Shown here one piece after another: positions 19,259-28,350 of a stretch of 64,000 nt of DNA (positions are counted from its first letter, which is position 1; the number at the start of each line of letters is the position of its first letter). The notes beneath the pieces are model-generated. The model had not been told where the DNA came from. It did not search any database and worked only from the letters and a program-made list of their open reading frames with translations. The position numbers and the translations under genes are program-made. The DNA is from a virus. Location of the stretch: the IMG/VR virus record IMGVR_UViG_3300025085_002722, positions 66,386-130,385 of that record; one strand, written 5' to 3'.

Positions 19259-20330
19259 CAACTCAGTTAAAAGAATTGGTTTTTGTTGTAAATACTTAGA
19301 CAGCGATCAAACACAGAAACCTAAAGTATTAAAAGAAATACAACAACAATACACCGAGAAAGGCACAACTGTTGCATGGTGCAATAGACAAGAAAAAAGT
19401 GTTGCTGAACAAAAACTATTAGACATAGTTGAACACAACATGCAAAGTGCCTACAACCTCGTTGATTACGCCGGCAGTTTACCTGCAGGTAGGAGAATGG
19501 TTAGACTGGGCAGTAACCAAATACCAATGGCAACTGAACCCAGTTGGAGATATGTTTTCGAAGATAAAACAGTTCGTAAGGAACTTGCCCGTGGATTCGG
19601 AAGAATTGGTGATCATGCTCGTGAGCGTGACGTTAGGATCAGTTTTCATCCTGGTCAGTTTTGTGTCCTTGCTTCGGACAATGATGACGTCGTAGAACGT
19701 AGCATTGACGAATTCGAGTATCATGCTGATATGGCCAGATGGATGGGTTACGGCCAAGAGTTCATGGACATGAAACTTAACGTACACATATCAGGTAGAC
19801 GTGGATATCAGGGTATCATAGATGTATTGCCTAGGCTTTCCCCTGAGGCTAGAAACACTATTGCTATTGAGAATGACGAAATGTGTCATGGCTTAGACGC
19901 AAGTCTTATGCTAAAAGATCATGTAGCACTAGTATTGGACATACATCATCATTGGATTAGAGATGAAGAATATATTCAAGCAGATGACGACCGTATTAAA
20001 ATGGTCATTGACAGTTGGCGTGGTGTCAGGCCTACTTTACATTACAGTTACAGCAGAGATGAATGGCTGGACCAGAGTACATCAATCGATGATGGAAACA
20101 GGCACAATTCCTTACATTCCATTCCGGTGCTGTTAGAGTCTGGAGCAAAGAAACAAAAACTTAGAGCACACTCTGACTACTATCCTAATCAAGATGCAAA
20201 TGATTGGGCATTGAGTTTTTGGGACGACTTTGATATACAATGCGAGGCTAAGGCTAAGAATCTAGCAAGTGAACAACTGTACAATAGAGCAGTTGAAACT
20301 AAAAAAGTAAATGAGGTGGATGTATTCTGA
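19251..20330 (+). CDS. uvsE: UV damage endonuclease
   Basis: RIGFCC, RLGS, SFHPGQF.VLAS, NVHISG, IENDE, LDIHHH, RAHSD, EAKAKN. Confidence 0.93.
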   Translation: MFNNSVKRIGFCCKYLDSDQTQKPKVLKEIQQQYTEKGTTVAWCNRQEKSVAEQKLLDIVEHNMQSAYNLVDYAGSLPAGRRMVRLGSNQIPMATEPSWRYVFEDKTVRKELARGFGRIGDHARERDVRISFHPGQFCVLASDNDDVVERSIDEFEYHADMARWMGYGQEFMDMKLNVHISGRRGYQGIIDVLPRLSPEARNTIAIENDEMCHGLDASLMLKDHVALVLDIHHHWIRDEEYIQADDDRIKMVIDSWRGVRPTLHYSYSRDEWLDQSTSIDDGNRHNSLHSIPVLLESGAKKQKLRAHSDYYPNQDANDWALSFWDDFDIQCEAKAKNLASEQLYNRAVETKKVNEVDVF

Positions 20331-20489
20331 TATCGTGTATCTTAGAGTTTCATCAGAGGGACTCAAATTGTTAAAGGTTGTGAGAATTTTATCACAACCT
20401 CATTTACATAATATATTTACAGGATCTGCCTTAAACCGTTTTAAAATAGGTAAAAAATTGTTAAATATGAGCAAGAAAAGGATAAAACC

Positions 20490-21317
20490 ATGTCAAACAT
20501 AGTCAGTATGGCCCTTTGCCGTATTAAAAACAATGATAAACTAGAATACAACACAGATCAGGGTGCCGATAATACCTTTAAACTGTATTCCAGCATGAGT
20601 GAAATAGTTTGCGAAAGTGTCGATACATTTCTAGAAGGTGATTGGGAATTTGAAATCATTGAGAATGAAGTAGACAGTTACCAAGAAGTATTTGATAAAA
20701 ACTTTGGTGAAGTTTATGAAATGTGGGACAGCGGTAATAATAATGTATTCTTTTTAGACTTAGATACAATTATGCTAAAGCCTGTAAATGTTTTTGATCA
20801 ACTTGAACATTTTCAAATGTTTAATTATACAGACCCAAAAACATTAGGTGGCAAAGATGCAAACAACAAATATGGATTACAACATCAACATTACTTTAAT
20901 GCAGGAGTAAGATACTATCCTAAAACAATGTCTCAAGATGTATGGGACTTAGGTTGGAAGTATGCAAGTGATTGGGACTATAACATTTGGGGTACGGAAC
21001 AAATAATATTCAATGAAATGATGTACAGCGAAAACAAGGATGTCAAACATTGGCATGACCCAACAATGAATTTTCAAATGATGAATGCTGTACCACAAGC
21101 AATATTTAATTCACATTACATAGCACAAATAGAAGCATGGAATGGAGCAAATATAGACGATGCAAAAGTTATGCACTTGCACGGAACAAGAGGTGCAGAC
21201 AAAACTGTAATGACACAATGGCAACTTTGGAAACAAGTAACAGGTGAAGAATTTGAATTTGAACACATAAATATTGTTCAAGATAACGGCATAGCCGTAG
21301 GAGTAGAATACAAATAA
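20490..21317 (+). CDS. GT-A nucleotide-diphospho-sugar transferase (GT8-like)
   Basis: FLDLD, YFNAGV, TEQIIFN, HLHGTR. Confidence 0.7.
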   Translation: MSNIVSMALCRIKNNDKLEYNTDQGADNTFKLYSSMSEIVCESVDTFLEGDWEFEIIENEVDSYQEVFDKNFGEVYEMWDSGNNNVFFLDLDTIMLKPVNVFDQLEHFQMFNYTDPKTLGGKDANNKYGLQHQHYFNAGVRYYPKTMSQDVWDLGWKYASDWDYNIWGTEQIIFNEMMYSENKDVKHWHDPTMNFQMMNAVPQAIFNSHYIAQIEAWNGANIDDAKVMHLHGTRGADKTVMTQWQLWKQVTGEEFEFEHINIVQDNGIAVGVEYK

Positions 21318-21490
21318 TGGACGGAGTAATTTTAGTAGCAGTAGTAGTGCCAGCCATAATTGGCTTGTTCAGTTTAATGTTTCAAGTAATTAATAGTGAA
21401 GGTGGTACTAAAGGTATCACACAACCATATATAACAAAAAGCGGAACAAAGCATACAGCACATAAAAGCAGAGAACAACATATAGTATGA
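21317..21490 (+). CDS. small membrane protein (57 aa)
   Basis: Hand translation MDGVILVAVVVPAIIGLFSLMF...; TAATG and ATGA overlaps with neighbours. Confidence 0.6.
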   Translation: MDGVILVAVVVPAIIGLFSLMFQVINSEGGTKGITQPYITKSGTKHTAHKSREQHIV

Positions 21491-21669
21491 AAATTATTAG
21501 AGCAACAATCACAGTAGAAGTTCCGTACGAAAATGAACTAATGAATTACGGTGATAAACTTAATAAAAAATTAAAACAAATTATTGCTGACACAGATTAT
21601 ATACCACACGAAACAGAAGCAGGTGACCTAAAGCCTTGCACAAGACCAGTAGTTAGACATGAAACTTAA
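21487..21669 (+). CDS. hypothetical protein
   Basis: 60-aa ORF coupled to both neighbours. Confidence 0.5.
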   Translation: MKIIRATITVEVPYENELMNYGDKLNKKLKQIIADTDYIPHETEAGDLKPCTRPVVRHET

Positions 21670-22105
21670 TTATAAAGATTGCGGCAGAATAGGTTTTACA
21701 TGTAGTACATTTGATTTGCTACATGCTGGACATATCACAATGTTAGAAGAAGCAAAACATCACTGTGATTATTTGATAGTAGGATTACAAAATGACCCCA
21801 CTGAAGATAGGCCTGAAAAAAACAAACCTGTACAGACAATAGTCGAAAGACAAATACAATTAGCGGCAGTTAAATACGTCGACGAAATTGTAATTTACAA
21901 CACTGAACAAGACCTAGTTGACTTATTACTAACATTACCAATAGATGTTAGAGTGCTAGGCGACGAATACAAAAACAAAGACTTTACAGGTAAAGATATT
22001 GCTAAACAACGTGGCAGTAAGATAGTTTACAACGGTAGAGATCACAGTTTTAGCAGTACGTCATTACGCAAAAGAGTACATTCAGCAGAAGACAGCAAAG
22101 CATAA
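21659..22105 (+). CDS. glycerol-3-phosphate cytidylyltransferase-like (TagD family)
   Basis: STFDLLHAGH, LIVGLQ.DP, YVDEI, RDHSFSSTSLR. Confidence 0.88.
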   Translation: MKLNYKDCGRIGFTCSTFDLLHAGHITMLEEAKHHCDYLIVGLQNDPTEDRPEKNKPVQTIVERQIQLAAVKYVDEIVIYNTEQDLVDLLLTLPIDVRVLGDEYKNKDFTGKDIAKQRGSKIVYNGRDHSFSSTSLRKRVHSAEDSKA

Positions 22106-22109
22106 ATAG

Positions 22110-22138
22110 TTGACACATTCACACAAATTTGTTATAAT
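22110..22138 (+). promoter_or_regulatory. sigma70-type promoter
   Basis: TTGACA-17-TATAAT. Confidence 0.85.
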
Positions 22139-22163
22139 ATAGTTTATAGAAAGGGCAAGAGAT

Positions 22164-22703
22164 ATGAACATTTATAAAAATTTGCTGTTATTAGCAGTCT
22201 TTTTATCACCACAAGTAAAAGCCAACTTTACAGGTCCTATTAACTTAAATGCTGAAGTAGAATGTCTCGCAATGAACATTTACCATGAAGCAAGAAGTGA
22301 AAGAACTGCTGGTATGTGGGCAGTAGCAGATGTAACCATCAACAGAGTTAAAAGTATATCATATCCTAATACAGTATGCGAAGTAGTGTATCAAGGCCCT
22401 GTGTATGAAAGTTGGAAAACTGCAAGGTTTGATCATTTACCAGATAGTGAACGCATTTATAATCCTGTAAAAGGCATGTGTCAGTTCAGTTGGTATTGTG
22501 ACGGTAAGAGCGATGAACCAACAGAACCCGATAGTTGGCAACGAGCATTAGACATAGCACACGGTGTAATGAATCATGATCTTGGATTAGGATTAACTGA
22601 TGGAGCAGACCATTATCACGCAAACTTCATTGAGCCTTTTTGGGCACCTCACATGACACTTGTCACCACAATTGGTAACCACAAGTTTTACAAGTCTAAC
22701 TGA
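22164..22703 (+). CDS. cell wall hydrolase (SleB/Hydrolase_2)
   Basis: CLAMNIYHEARSE, V..VTINRV, YPNTVCEVVYQ, CQFSWYCDG, HYHA, IGNHKFY; N-terminal signal-like segment. Confidence 0.92.
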   Translation: MNIYKNLLLLAVFLSPQVKANFTGPINLNAEVECLAMNIYHEARSERTAGMWAVADVTINRVKSISYPNTVCEVVYQGPVYESWKTARFDHLPDSERIYNPVKGMCQFSWYCDGKSDEPTEPDSWQRALDIAHGVMNHDLGLGLTDGADHYHANFIEPFWAPHMTLVTTIGNHKFYKSN

Positions 22704-22745
22704 TAAATACTCTTATAATCCCGTAGGTGGGAGTAGGAGTAAACA
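22702..22745 (+). promoter_or_regulatory. late promoter overlapping an SD-sequestering hairpin
   Basis: ATAAATA 22703-22709; TACTCTTAT (22708-16) pairs with GTAGGAGTA (22733-41); TCCC/GGGA inner stem. Confidence 0.7.
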
Positions 22746-23225
22746 ATGTACGAGTATAGATGTAAAGTACTCAGAGTTGTAGATGGCGACACAGTAGACG
22801 TAGACATAGATTTAGGCTTCGGTATTGTCCTCAAAGACGAACGAGTACGCATTATGGGTATCGACACCCCAGAAAGTCGAACAAGAGATAAAGTTGAAAA
22901 ACTATTTGGTCTAGCAAGTAAGACAAGACTCAAGGAACTAGTTGGTGGCCGTTCAGGTCCAATCCTCAAAACTCAAATTAACAAAAAAGGCGAAGACATG
23001 AAAGGTAAGTTTGGTAGAATCTTGGGTGACTTCGAAACAGAGGATGGCAGTATGGTTACTGATATATTAGTAGAAGAAGGCCATGCCGTAGCATACTTTG
23101 GTGGTAGCAAAGAAGAAATACAACAAAAGCATATGGCCAATAGAGATAAATTGCTTCGTGAAAGAAAAATATTAAAGAAAGATTACGACCAAGCAGTTAA
23201 GTTGATGGAAGCCAAGAAAAAGTAA
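22746..23225 (+). CDS. staphylococcal-nuclease-like (thermonuclease) protein
   Basis: RVVDGDTVD.DIDLGF, RVRIMGIDTPESRT, GKFGRILG. Confidence 0.9.
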   Translation: MYEYRCKVLRVVDGDTVDVDIDLGFGIVLKDERVRIMGIDTPESRTRDKVEKLFGLASKTRLKELVGGRSGPILKTQINKKGEDMKGKFGRILGDFETEDGSMVTDILVEEGHAVAYFGGSKEEIQQKHMANRDKLLRERKILKKDYDQAVKLMEAKKK

Positions 23226-23232
23226 AAATAGG

Positions 23233-23261
23233 TTGACATTTACCTAAATATACCCTATAAT
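23233..23261 (+). promoter_or_regulatory. sigma70-type promoter
   Basis: TTGACA 23233-38, 17-nt spacer, TATAAT 23256-61. Confidence 0.85.
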
Positions 23262-23287
23262 TACACAATTATTGAGGCATATTACAA

Positions 23288-23776
23288 ATGGCAAAAAGAT
23301 TTTATTCAGGCAAAACATATTCACATGCAACTGGTCACAGTTGTGCGTTCAGACAGTGGCGAGCAGATAGTCACTGCAATCTAATCCATGGTTACGCACT
23401 TCAATTCGAGTTCACTTTTGGTGGAGCAGAACTTGATGAACGTAACTGGATAGTGGACTTTGGGGGATTAAAGCCACTTAAAACTTGGTTGGCAGAAATG
23501 TTTGACCACACATACTTAGTAGCCGAAGATGACCCTGAGTTGGAGACATTTGTTGATCTAGCAAAGAAAGATTTGGTAGATTTAAGAATTGTTTCAGCAA
23601 CAGGTTGTGAGAGGTTTGCTGAGATGGCCTTTGACAAAGCAGAAGAAATTGTAAGTGAACTTACAGATAGAAGATGCTGGGTACAAAGTGTCACAGTAAG
23701 AGAACATGGTCACAATAGTGCCACTGTTGAACTTGCTGATCACCAAAAGATACGTTTTTTAGAAAACGTACAATAA
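23288..23776 (+). CDS. queD: 6-carboxytetrahydropterin synthase (QueD/PTPS family)
   Basis: SHCNLIHGY, W.VDFGGLK, FDH, GCERFAE, VRE..HNSA. Confidence 0.9.
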   Translation: MAKRFYSGKTYSHATGHSCAFRQWRADSHCNLIHGYALQFEFTFGGAELDERNWIVDFGGLKPLKTWLAEMFDHTYLVAEDDPELETFVDLAKKDLVDLRIVSATGCERFAEMAFDKAEEIVSELTDRRCWVQSVTVREHGHNSATVELADHQKIRFLENVQ

Positions 23777-23875
23777 CATAAAGGAGAAAAAGTTACTATA
23801 GAGGACGGCACCCTTAACTGCTCCAAGTAACTAATATAATGATATACGAGAATGTAGAAAAGGTAACCGGTGCCC

Positions 23876-25258
23876 TTACTGATTGAATTCATTGTCAACT
23901 TTTCTTCGCAAATTGTAATAATTATTCACACACTGATTAGTCATATCAGCAAATTGATTTAGTTGAAAATCCGTACTGTAAAATAAATCTAAATTAAATT
24001 TACAAATTTCTAAAATCTTTTCCTTATCTGGTGGATTATCTAAAAACTGCTTAATAGATTTCAATACCATTTGATATCTAACTTCTGGATCAGTTTCTTT
24101 ATCATAATCTTCGTCAATTAAATCCTCAAATGTCTTAAATCCTAATTGCCTAACTTTAAGTAAACTAAAAGCATTTCCCAAAATTATAAAAGGCATACCC
24201 CAAGCAATTGGTTTGAATACTTTTTCACTGATAAATCTAATGGGATAGTGATCGTAACCCTGCTGAAGTGTCTGAGATTCTACTGACATATAACTTTCTG
24301 TGCCAACGTATAATTTTGACTTAAGAATCCAGTCATAATTTGCAACAGAGTCATGTTGCATAAATCCATCATCGCTTATATTATAATCTGGTTCGTTATC
24401 TGCAAGAATAGGCAACGAGAAATCCTTTAAAATATCACTTGCCTCGCCTTCTTGGTTAATTTCTTGTAAACTATAAAAACTATTATCCAAATACCCGTCT
24501 TTGTATAAATCGTTTACTATAGCGGCTCTGTGTGCTTTGTATGTACGGTTTAATAGCAACAAATCCTTGCTTTTTTCTGTTTTTTGTTGTAGTTTAAAAA
24601 ATGAATCAACATTAAAATCTGTTTTGTCATTTAATTTAGAGCCATGATATGTAACACCGCTTTGCACCCATGTATCATACAGAAAATACTCAAAAACCAC
24701 AATATTTGCAGGAATATTATTTACAGATAACCATTTTTGTAACCCGTTATGCGAATTAGGTTTTATAATATTAATATGAAAAGGTGCTACTGCATCATTG
24801 CATTCTTTAATAGATTCAAACACATTATACATAGATAGTTTTGGGTCATGATCTAAAAATTCTGGTTCCCATACATCTGAAATAACTAAATTAAAGTTAG
24901 GAACTGCTTTTAACCAAAATTCACGTGATAGTACACATGCAAGATGCTCACTCATAGTAATATAAATTATTACTTCGTCATTATATGATTCTGATAGGCG
25001 TCTACTGATTTGATCTAACAAATCAATATCATCTACAGCAAGTCTAAATGGACTAATTGAAACTTTTTTACCATATTGCGAAAAATCCAAGTTGCTGTCG
25101 TACATCGGAGATCTTGAAAGTACATGAAAAATATCATGTTCAATATAGTCATTACCTTTTAAACCTAATTCGTCTTCCATACGTTGGACTTTTGTCTCAT
25201 CAACAAAATATCCGTTTGCATAAGTGCTAATATCTAAAGGTACAAAAATATTAATCAT
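23876..25258 (-). CDS. glycosyltransferase-like protein (paralog family A)
   Basis: LLLNR..KAHR, FISEKVFKPIAWGMPFIILG...LGFKTFEDLIDEDYD. Confidence 0.55.
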   Translation of the reverse strand: MINIFVPLDISTYANGYFVDETKVQRMEDELGLKGNDYIEHDIFHVLSRSPMYDSNLDFSQYGKKVSISPFRLAVDDIDLLDQISRRLSESYNDEVIIYITMSEHLACVLSREFWLKAVPNFNLVISDVWEPEFLDHDPKLSMYNVFESIKECNDAVAPFHINIIKPNSHNGLQKWLSVNNIPANIVVFEYFLYDTWVQSGVTYHGSKLNDKTDFNVDSFFKLQQKTEKSKDLLLLNRTYKAHRAAIVNDLYKDGYLDNSFYSLQEINQEGEASDILKDFSLPILADNEPDYNISDDGFMQHDSVANYDWILKSKLYVGTESYMSVESQTLQQGYDHYPIRFISEKVFKPIAWGMPFIILGNAFSLLKVRQLGFKTFEDLIDEDYDKETDPEVRYQMVLKSIKQFLDNPPDKEKILEICKFNLDLFYSTDFQLNQFADMTNQCVNNYYNLRRKVDNEFNQ

Positions 25259-26720
25259 TTATATTGTGTTCGTCAATCCTATCAATTATAATTCGCATCG
25301 GATCTACTAATCTACTAGATACCCAATAGGTATCATGTATCATATTAAAATTATGTACAAGCGAATCTTTAATTTCTTCAATGCTATGCTCTTCTGATAG
25401 GAATTTTTCGTATGAATCAAACATGGCTTGTATCCGTAAGTTAAAATTTTCTAGTTCATCGTAACTTTCATCAAACCATTCTGGGAATGTTCTGAATCCT
25501 AAGTCTCTTATACGTTGTAATCCATGTTGATTGCCTACAAATAAAAATGGCATTCCCCAAGCCATTGCTTTAAATGTTTTTTCTGTTAAAAATCTAACCG
25601 GATGGGGAGGATTGTGTTCTATAATTAAATCTCTTGCTTGGCTTTCTGTGATAATTTTTACTCTACACTTTTGTGGCCATTTCAAACTAAATTTTCTGTC
25701 ATGGTGAATAGGTATTTCATTTCCAGATATATTATCATAGGGTTCAAACTCTGCCTGTTTAGGCAACATGCTAATTACACGAGAATCCAATTCATGATCA
25801 TCGCCTGGTGTAACTAGACCATCTGGCTCATATCCGCAACTCCATATCATGTTATCTAGCAATCCGCGTTTTTCTGCTTCTATTATAGTTGTGAGTCTGT
25901 GTTGCTTGGGCATTCTATTTAAAAGCAATGCATCGTACTCTTTGTTATCGTGCCAAATACTGTCCATAATCTGATCTATGTCAAACGGCTGGTCGTTCAT
26001 TGCTTCTTCCCAATCCATCATATCCATATTTCTACTAGATTTTATACCACATGTATTGCTGGTATCAAATAAAAAGTACTCAAACGGCACAACCTCAAAA
26101 TCTATACCTTGTGACTGCAAGAATACTGTATAATCTTTATCAGAATTCGATTTTATATAAAATCTTTTATTTTTACATTCTCCTGCAGGTTTAAGATGTC
26201 TTTTACAATTTTCTACAAAATATTCCCAAACATTTAACTTGCTAATTTCAGTATGACCATCTGGTCCTAAATTTGGTTTTGTAGTTAATTGGGGTCCACA
26301 TTCCCATATATCAGAAATCATACCACTGAACTCTGGATGATTGAAAAATTTACTAAAAATTTTACCATTTAGCATAAATGCGGCTTTTTCAGAAATGGAA
26401 ATTACTACACGCCAGTCTTGTATTGGTTCAAAACGTTTTATTAAATCCACCCAAAAACCGCTTTCCACGTCAATGGCCTCATTTATATCAATTGATATAG
26501 GATATATAAAATGATCAGATGTTAAATTTATAGAAATTTCTCTACGACGTGCTTTTGTGCTTTTAATTAACCATCCAATGTATTCGTGTTTATTCACATA
26601 ATTTAAAAAATTGTTTTCTTTATCAAATAACGAATCTGCAATAAAGGCTTTTGCTACTTTTTTTTGAACTGTACTGTGATCTGAAGGATTTACAGTTGCA
26701 TTAACGAAAATTGTTCTCAT
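25251..26720 (-). CDS. glycosyltransferase-like protein (paralog family A)
   Basis: LLLNR..KQHR, FLTEKTFKAMAWGMPFLFVG...LGFRTF..WFDESYD. Confidence 0.55.
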   Translation of the reverse strand: MRTIFVNATVNPSDHSTVQKKVAKAFIADSLFDKENNFLNYVNKHEYIGWLIKSTKARRREISINLTSDHFIYPISIDINEAIDVESGFWVDLIKRFEPIQDWRVVISISEKAAFMLNGKIFSKFFNHPEFSGMISDIWECGPQLTTKPNLGPDGHTEISKLNVWEYFVENCKRHLKPAGECKNKRFYIKSNSDKDYTVFLQSQGIDFEVVPFEYFLFDTSNTCGIKSSRNMDMMDWEEAMNDQPFDIDQIMDSIWHDNKEYDALLLNRMPKQHRLTTIIEAEKRGLLDNMIWSCGYEPDGLVTPGDDHELDSRVISMLPKQAEFEPYDNISGNEIPIHHDRKFSLKWPQKCRVKIITESQARDLIIEHNPPHPVRFLTEKTFKAMAWGMPFLFVGNQHGLQRIRDLGFRTFPEWFDESYDELENFNLRIQAMFDSYEKFLSEEHSIEEIKDSLVHNFNMIHDTYWVSSRLVDPMRIIIDRIDEHNIND

Positions 26721-26748
26721 ATGTGTATATTATCCGATAAATATGTGT

Positions 26749-28350
26749 ATGTTATTTGGTATTCTAACATTAATTACTGCACTGGCTATTGCCGGTGTTG
26801 CCGCATGGTTTTCCATTGTCGGCTTAATGCTACTATTTAGTGGTATGCCCCTGAGTATAGCCGTAATGGCTGGCACATTAGAAGTAGGTAAACTCCTAAC
26901 TGCTAGTTGGCTGTACAGATACTGGAACGAAACCAGCATAATGTTGCGTACCTACCTCACGACCGCAGTTGTTGTCTTAATGATTGTTACCAGCATAGGT
27001 ATTTTTGGATATTTGAGTAAAGCCGCTTCTGATCAAGCAGGAGATATAGGCGATGCTGTAGCAGTAGTTGAAAGAATCGACGCTCAAATAGATAGAGAAG
27101 AAAACAAAATTGCATTAATTGAAGATAGAATACTAGGCATAGGCGGTAGTGTTGATATTAGTGCCAGCATAGAAGCACAAGAAGATATTAGAGACGGTGC
27201 TTGGGCAAGAGTACAAGGCGATATAGATTACAACCAAGAGCAGATCGAGAACGTTAGAGAACAACTCAAAGTAGACATTGCTCAACAAGATAGTAGATTA
27301 GCAGAATTAGACAAAGCAGTAAATGAACTTAGAGCAAAAGGTGTAGAAGTTGTTACACTAGATGAGGGCGGAGCATTTAGAAGTGCTGAAACCGAAAAGA
27401 TAGATTACATCGCACAGGCAAATGAACTTAGGGCAAGCCAACAAGCAGAACGTGATGAAATAAAAGCAGAAAAACAAAGTTTACGTGATACAGCAACAGC
27501 AGATATAAATGTATTCCAAACTGCTATTGACAATTATAGACAACAAGCACAAGACGATATAAACGGTGCTAACGCAGAAATAAACAGATTGCGTAATCAA
27601 AGTTCAACACAGGCAGATGATAACATAAACAAGATAAATGCTTTTAACGAGGACATCGACGCCATTTACGCCAACATAGTAACACTTAAAGACGAGAAAT
27701 TTGACGCAGAAAGCAAGATAAGAAACTTAGACAGAGAAGTTGGGCCAATCAAATACTTGGCACAATTAATTTACGGCAGTGAAGAAAGAGATGTATTAGA
27801 TCAGGCAATACGTTTATTCATATTAATGTTAGTGTTTGTGTTTGATCCACTAGCAGTTATGTTAGTTATTGCGGCTAACCAAACATTATTACGTTATGGT
27901 ATTAACTTAGAAAGCAGTGGACCACCAATGCCGCCTAAGGAACCAGAGCCAGAGCCAGAAGTAGAAGTAGAAGAAATAACAGACAAGGATTACGAGTTGC
28001 CACGAGACCCAGAAGGCGACCCAGGTAGTTTCTTTGATAAACCAAGTGCAGTAGATGATGCCGCTGATGTAATGAGCGGGTACGATGGAAGAGACAAAAC
28101 ATTTTTTGAAAGTATAAACGAACCTATTGTAAACATAGACAATCAAAAAACAGAAGACATAGTAAATCAAATTGAGAAAACTGAAAAACTAGAAGACGAC
28201 CTTAACAAAATATTAGGCGGCAAGACAAAAGCACAATTAATGCAGATGGCATTAGATGGTGGAATAGAATTACCTGCACAATTAAGCAAAGCAGAAATGG
28301 TTGCAAACGTTATACAAAATTACGACAGTATCACCAAAAAAAAAATTTAA
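26749..28350 (+). CDS. membrane protein with long coiled coil; ends at an A10 slippery run
   Basis: Three N-terminal TM helices, LEVGKL, GIFGYLSKA, heptads, EVGPIKY, VFDPLAV TM; start ATG 26749, 5 nt after ATAAATA. Confidence 0.8.
   Translation: MLFGILTLITALAIAGVAAWFSIVGLMLLFSGMPLSIAVMAGTLEVGKLLTASWLYRYWNETSIMLRTYLTTAVVVLMIVTSIGIFGYLSKAASDQAGDIGDAVAVVERIDAQIDREENKIALIEDRILGIGGSVDISASIEAQEDIRDGAWARVQGDIDYNQEQIENVREQLKVDIAQQDSRLAELDKAVNELRAKGVEVVTLDEGGAFRSAETEKIDYIAQANELRASQQAERDEIKAEKQSLRDTATADINVFQTAIDNYRQQAQDDINGANAEINRLRNQSSTQADDNINKINAFNEDIDAIYANIVTLKDEKFDAESKIRNLDREVGPIKYLAQLIYGSEERDVLDQAIRLFILMLVFVFDPLAVMLVIAANQTLLRYGINLESSGPPMPPKEPEPEPEVEVEEITDKDYELPRDPEGDPGSFFDKPSAVDDAADVMSGYDGRDKTFFESINEPIVNIDNQKTEDIVNQIEKTEKLEDDLNKILGGKTKAQLMQMALDGGIELPAQLSKAEMVANVIQNYDSITKKKI

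Noticed and set aside
23799-23820. preQ1-I riboswitch near queD
   Set aside because: Lies downstream of queD and lacks the conserved loop and A-rich 3' tail; kept only as a generic structure candidate.
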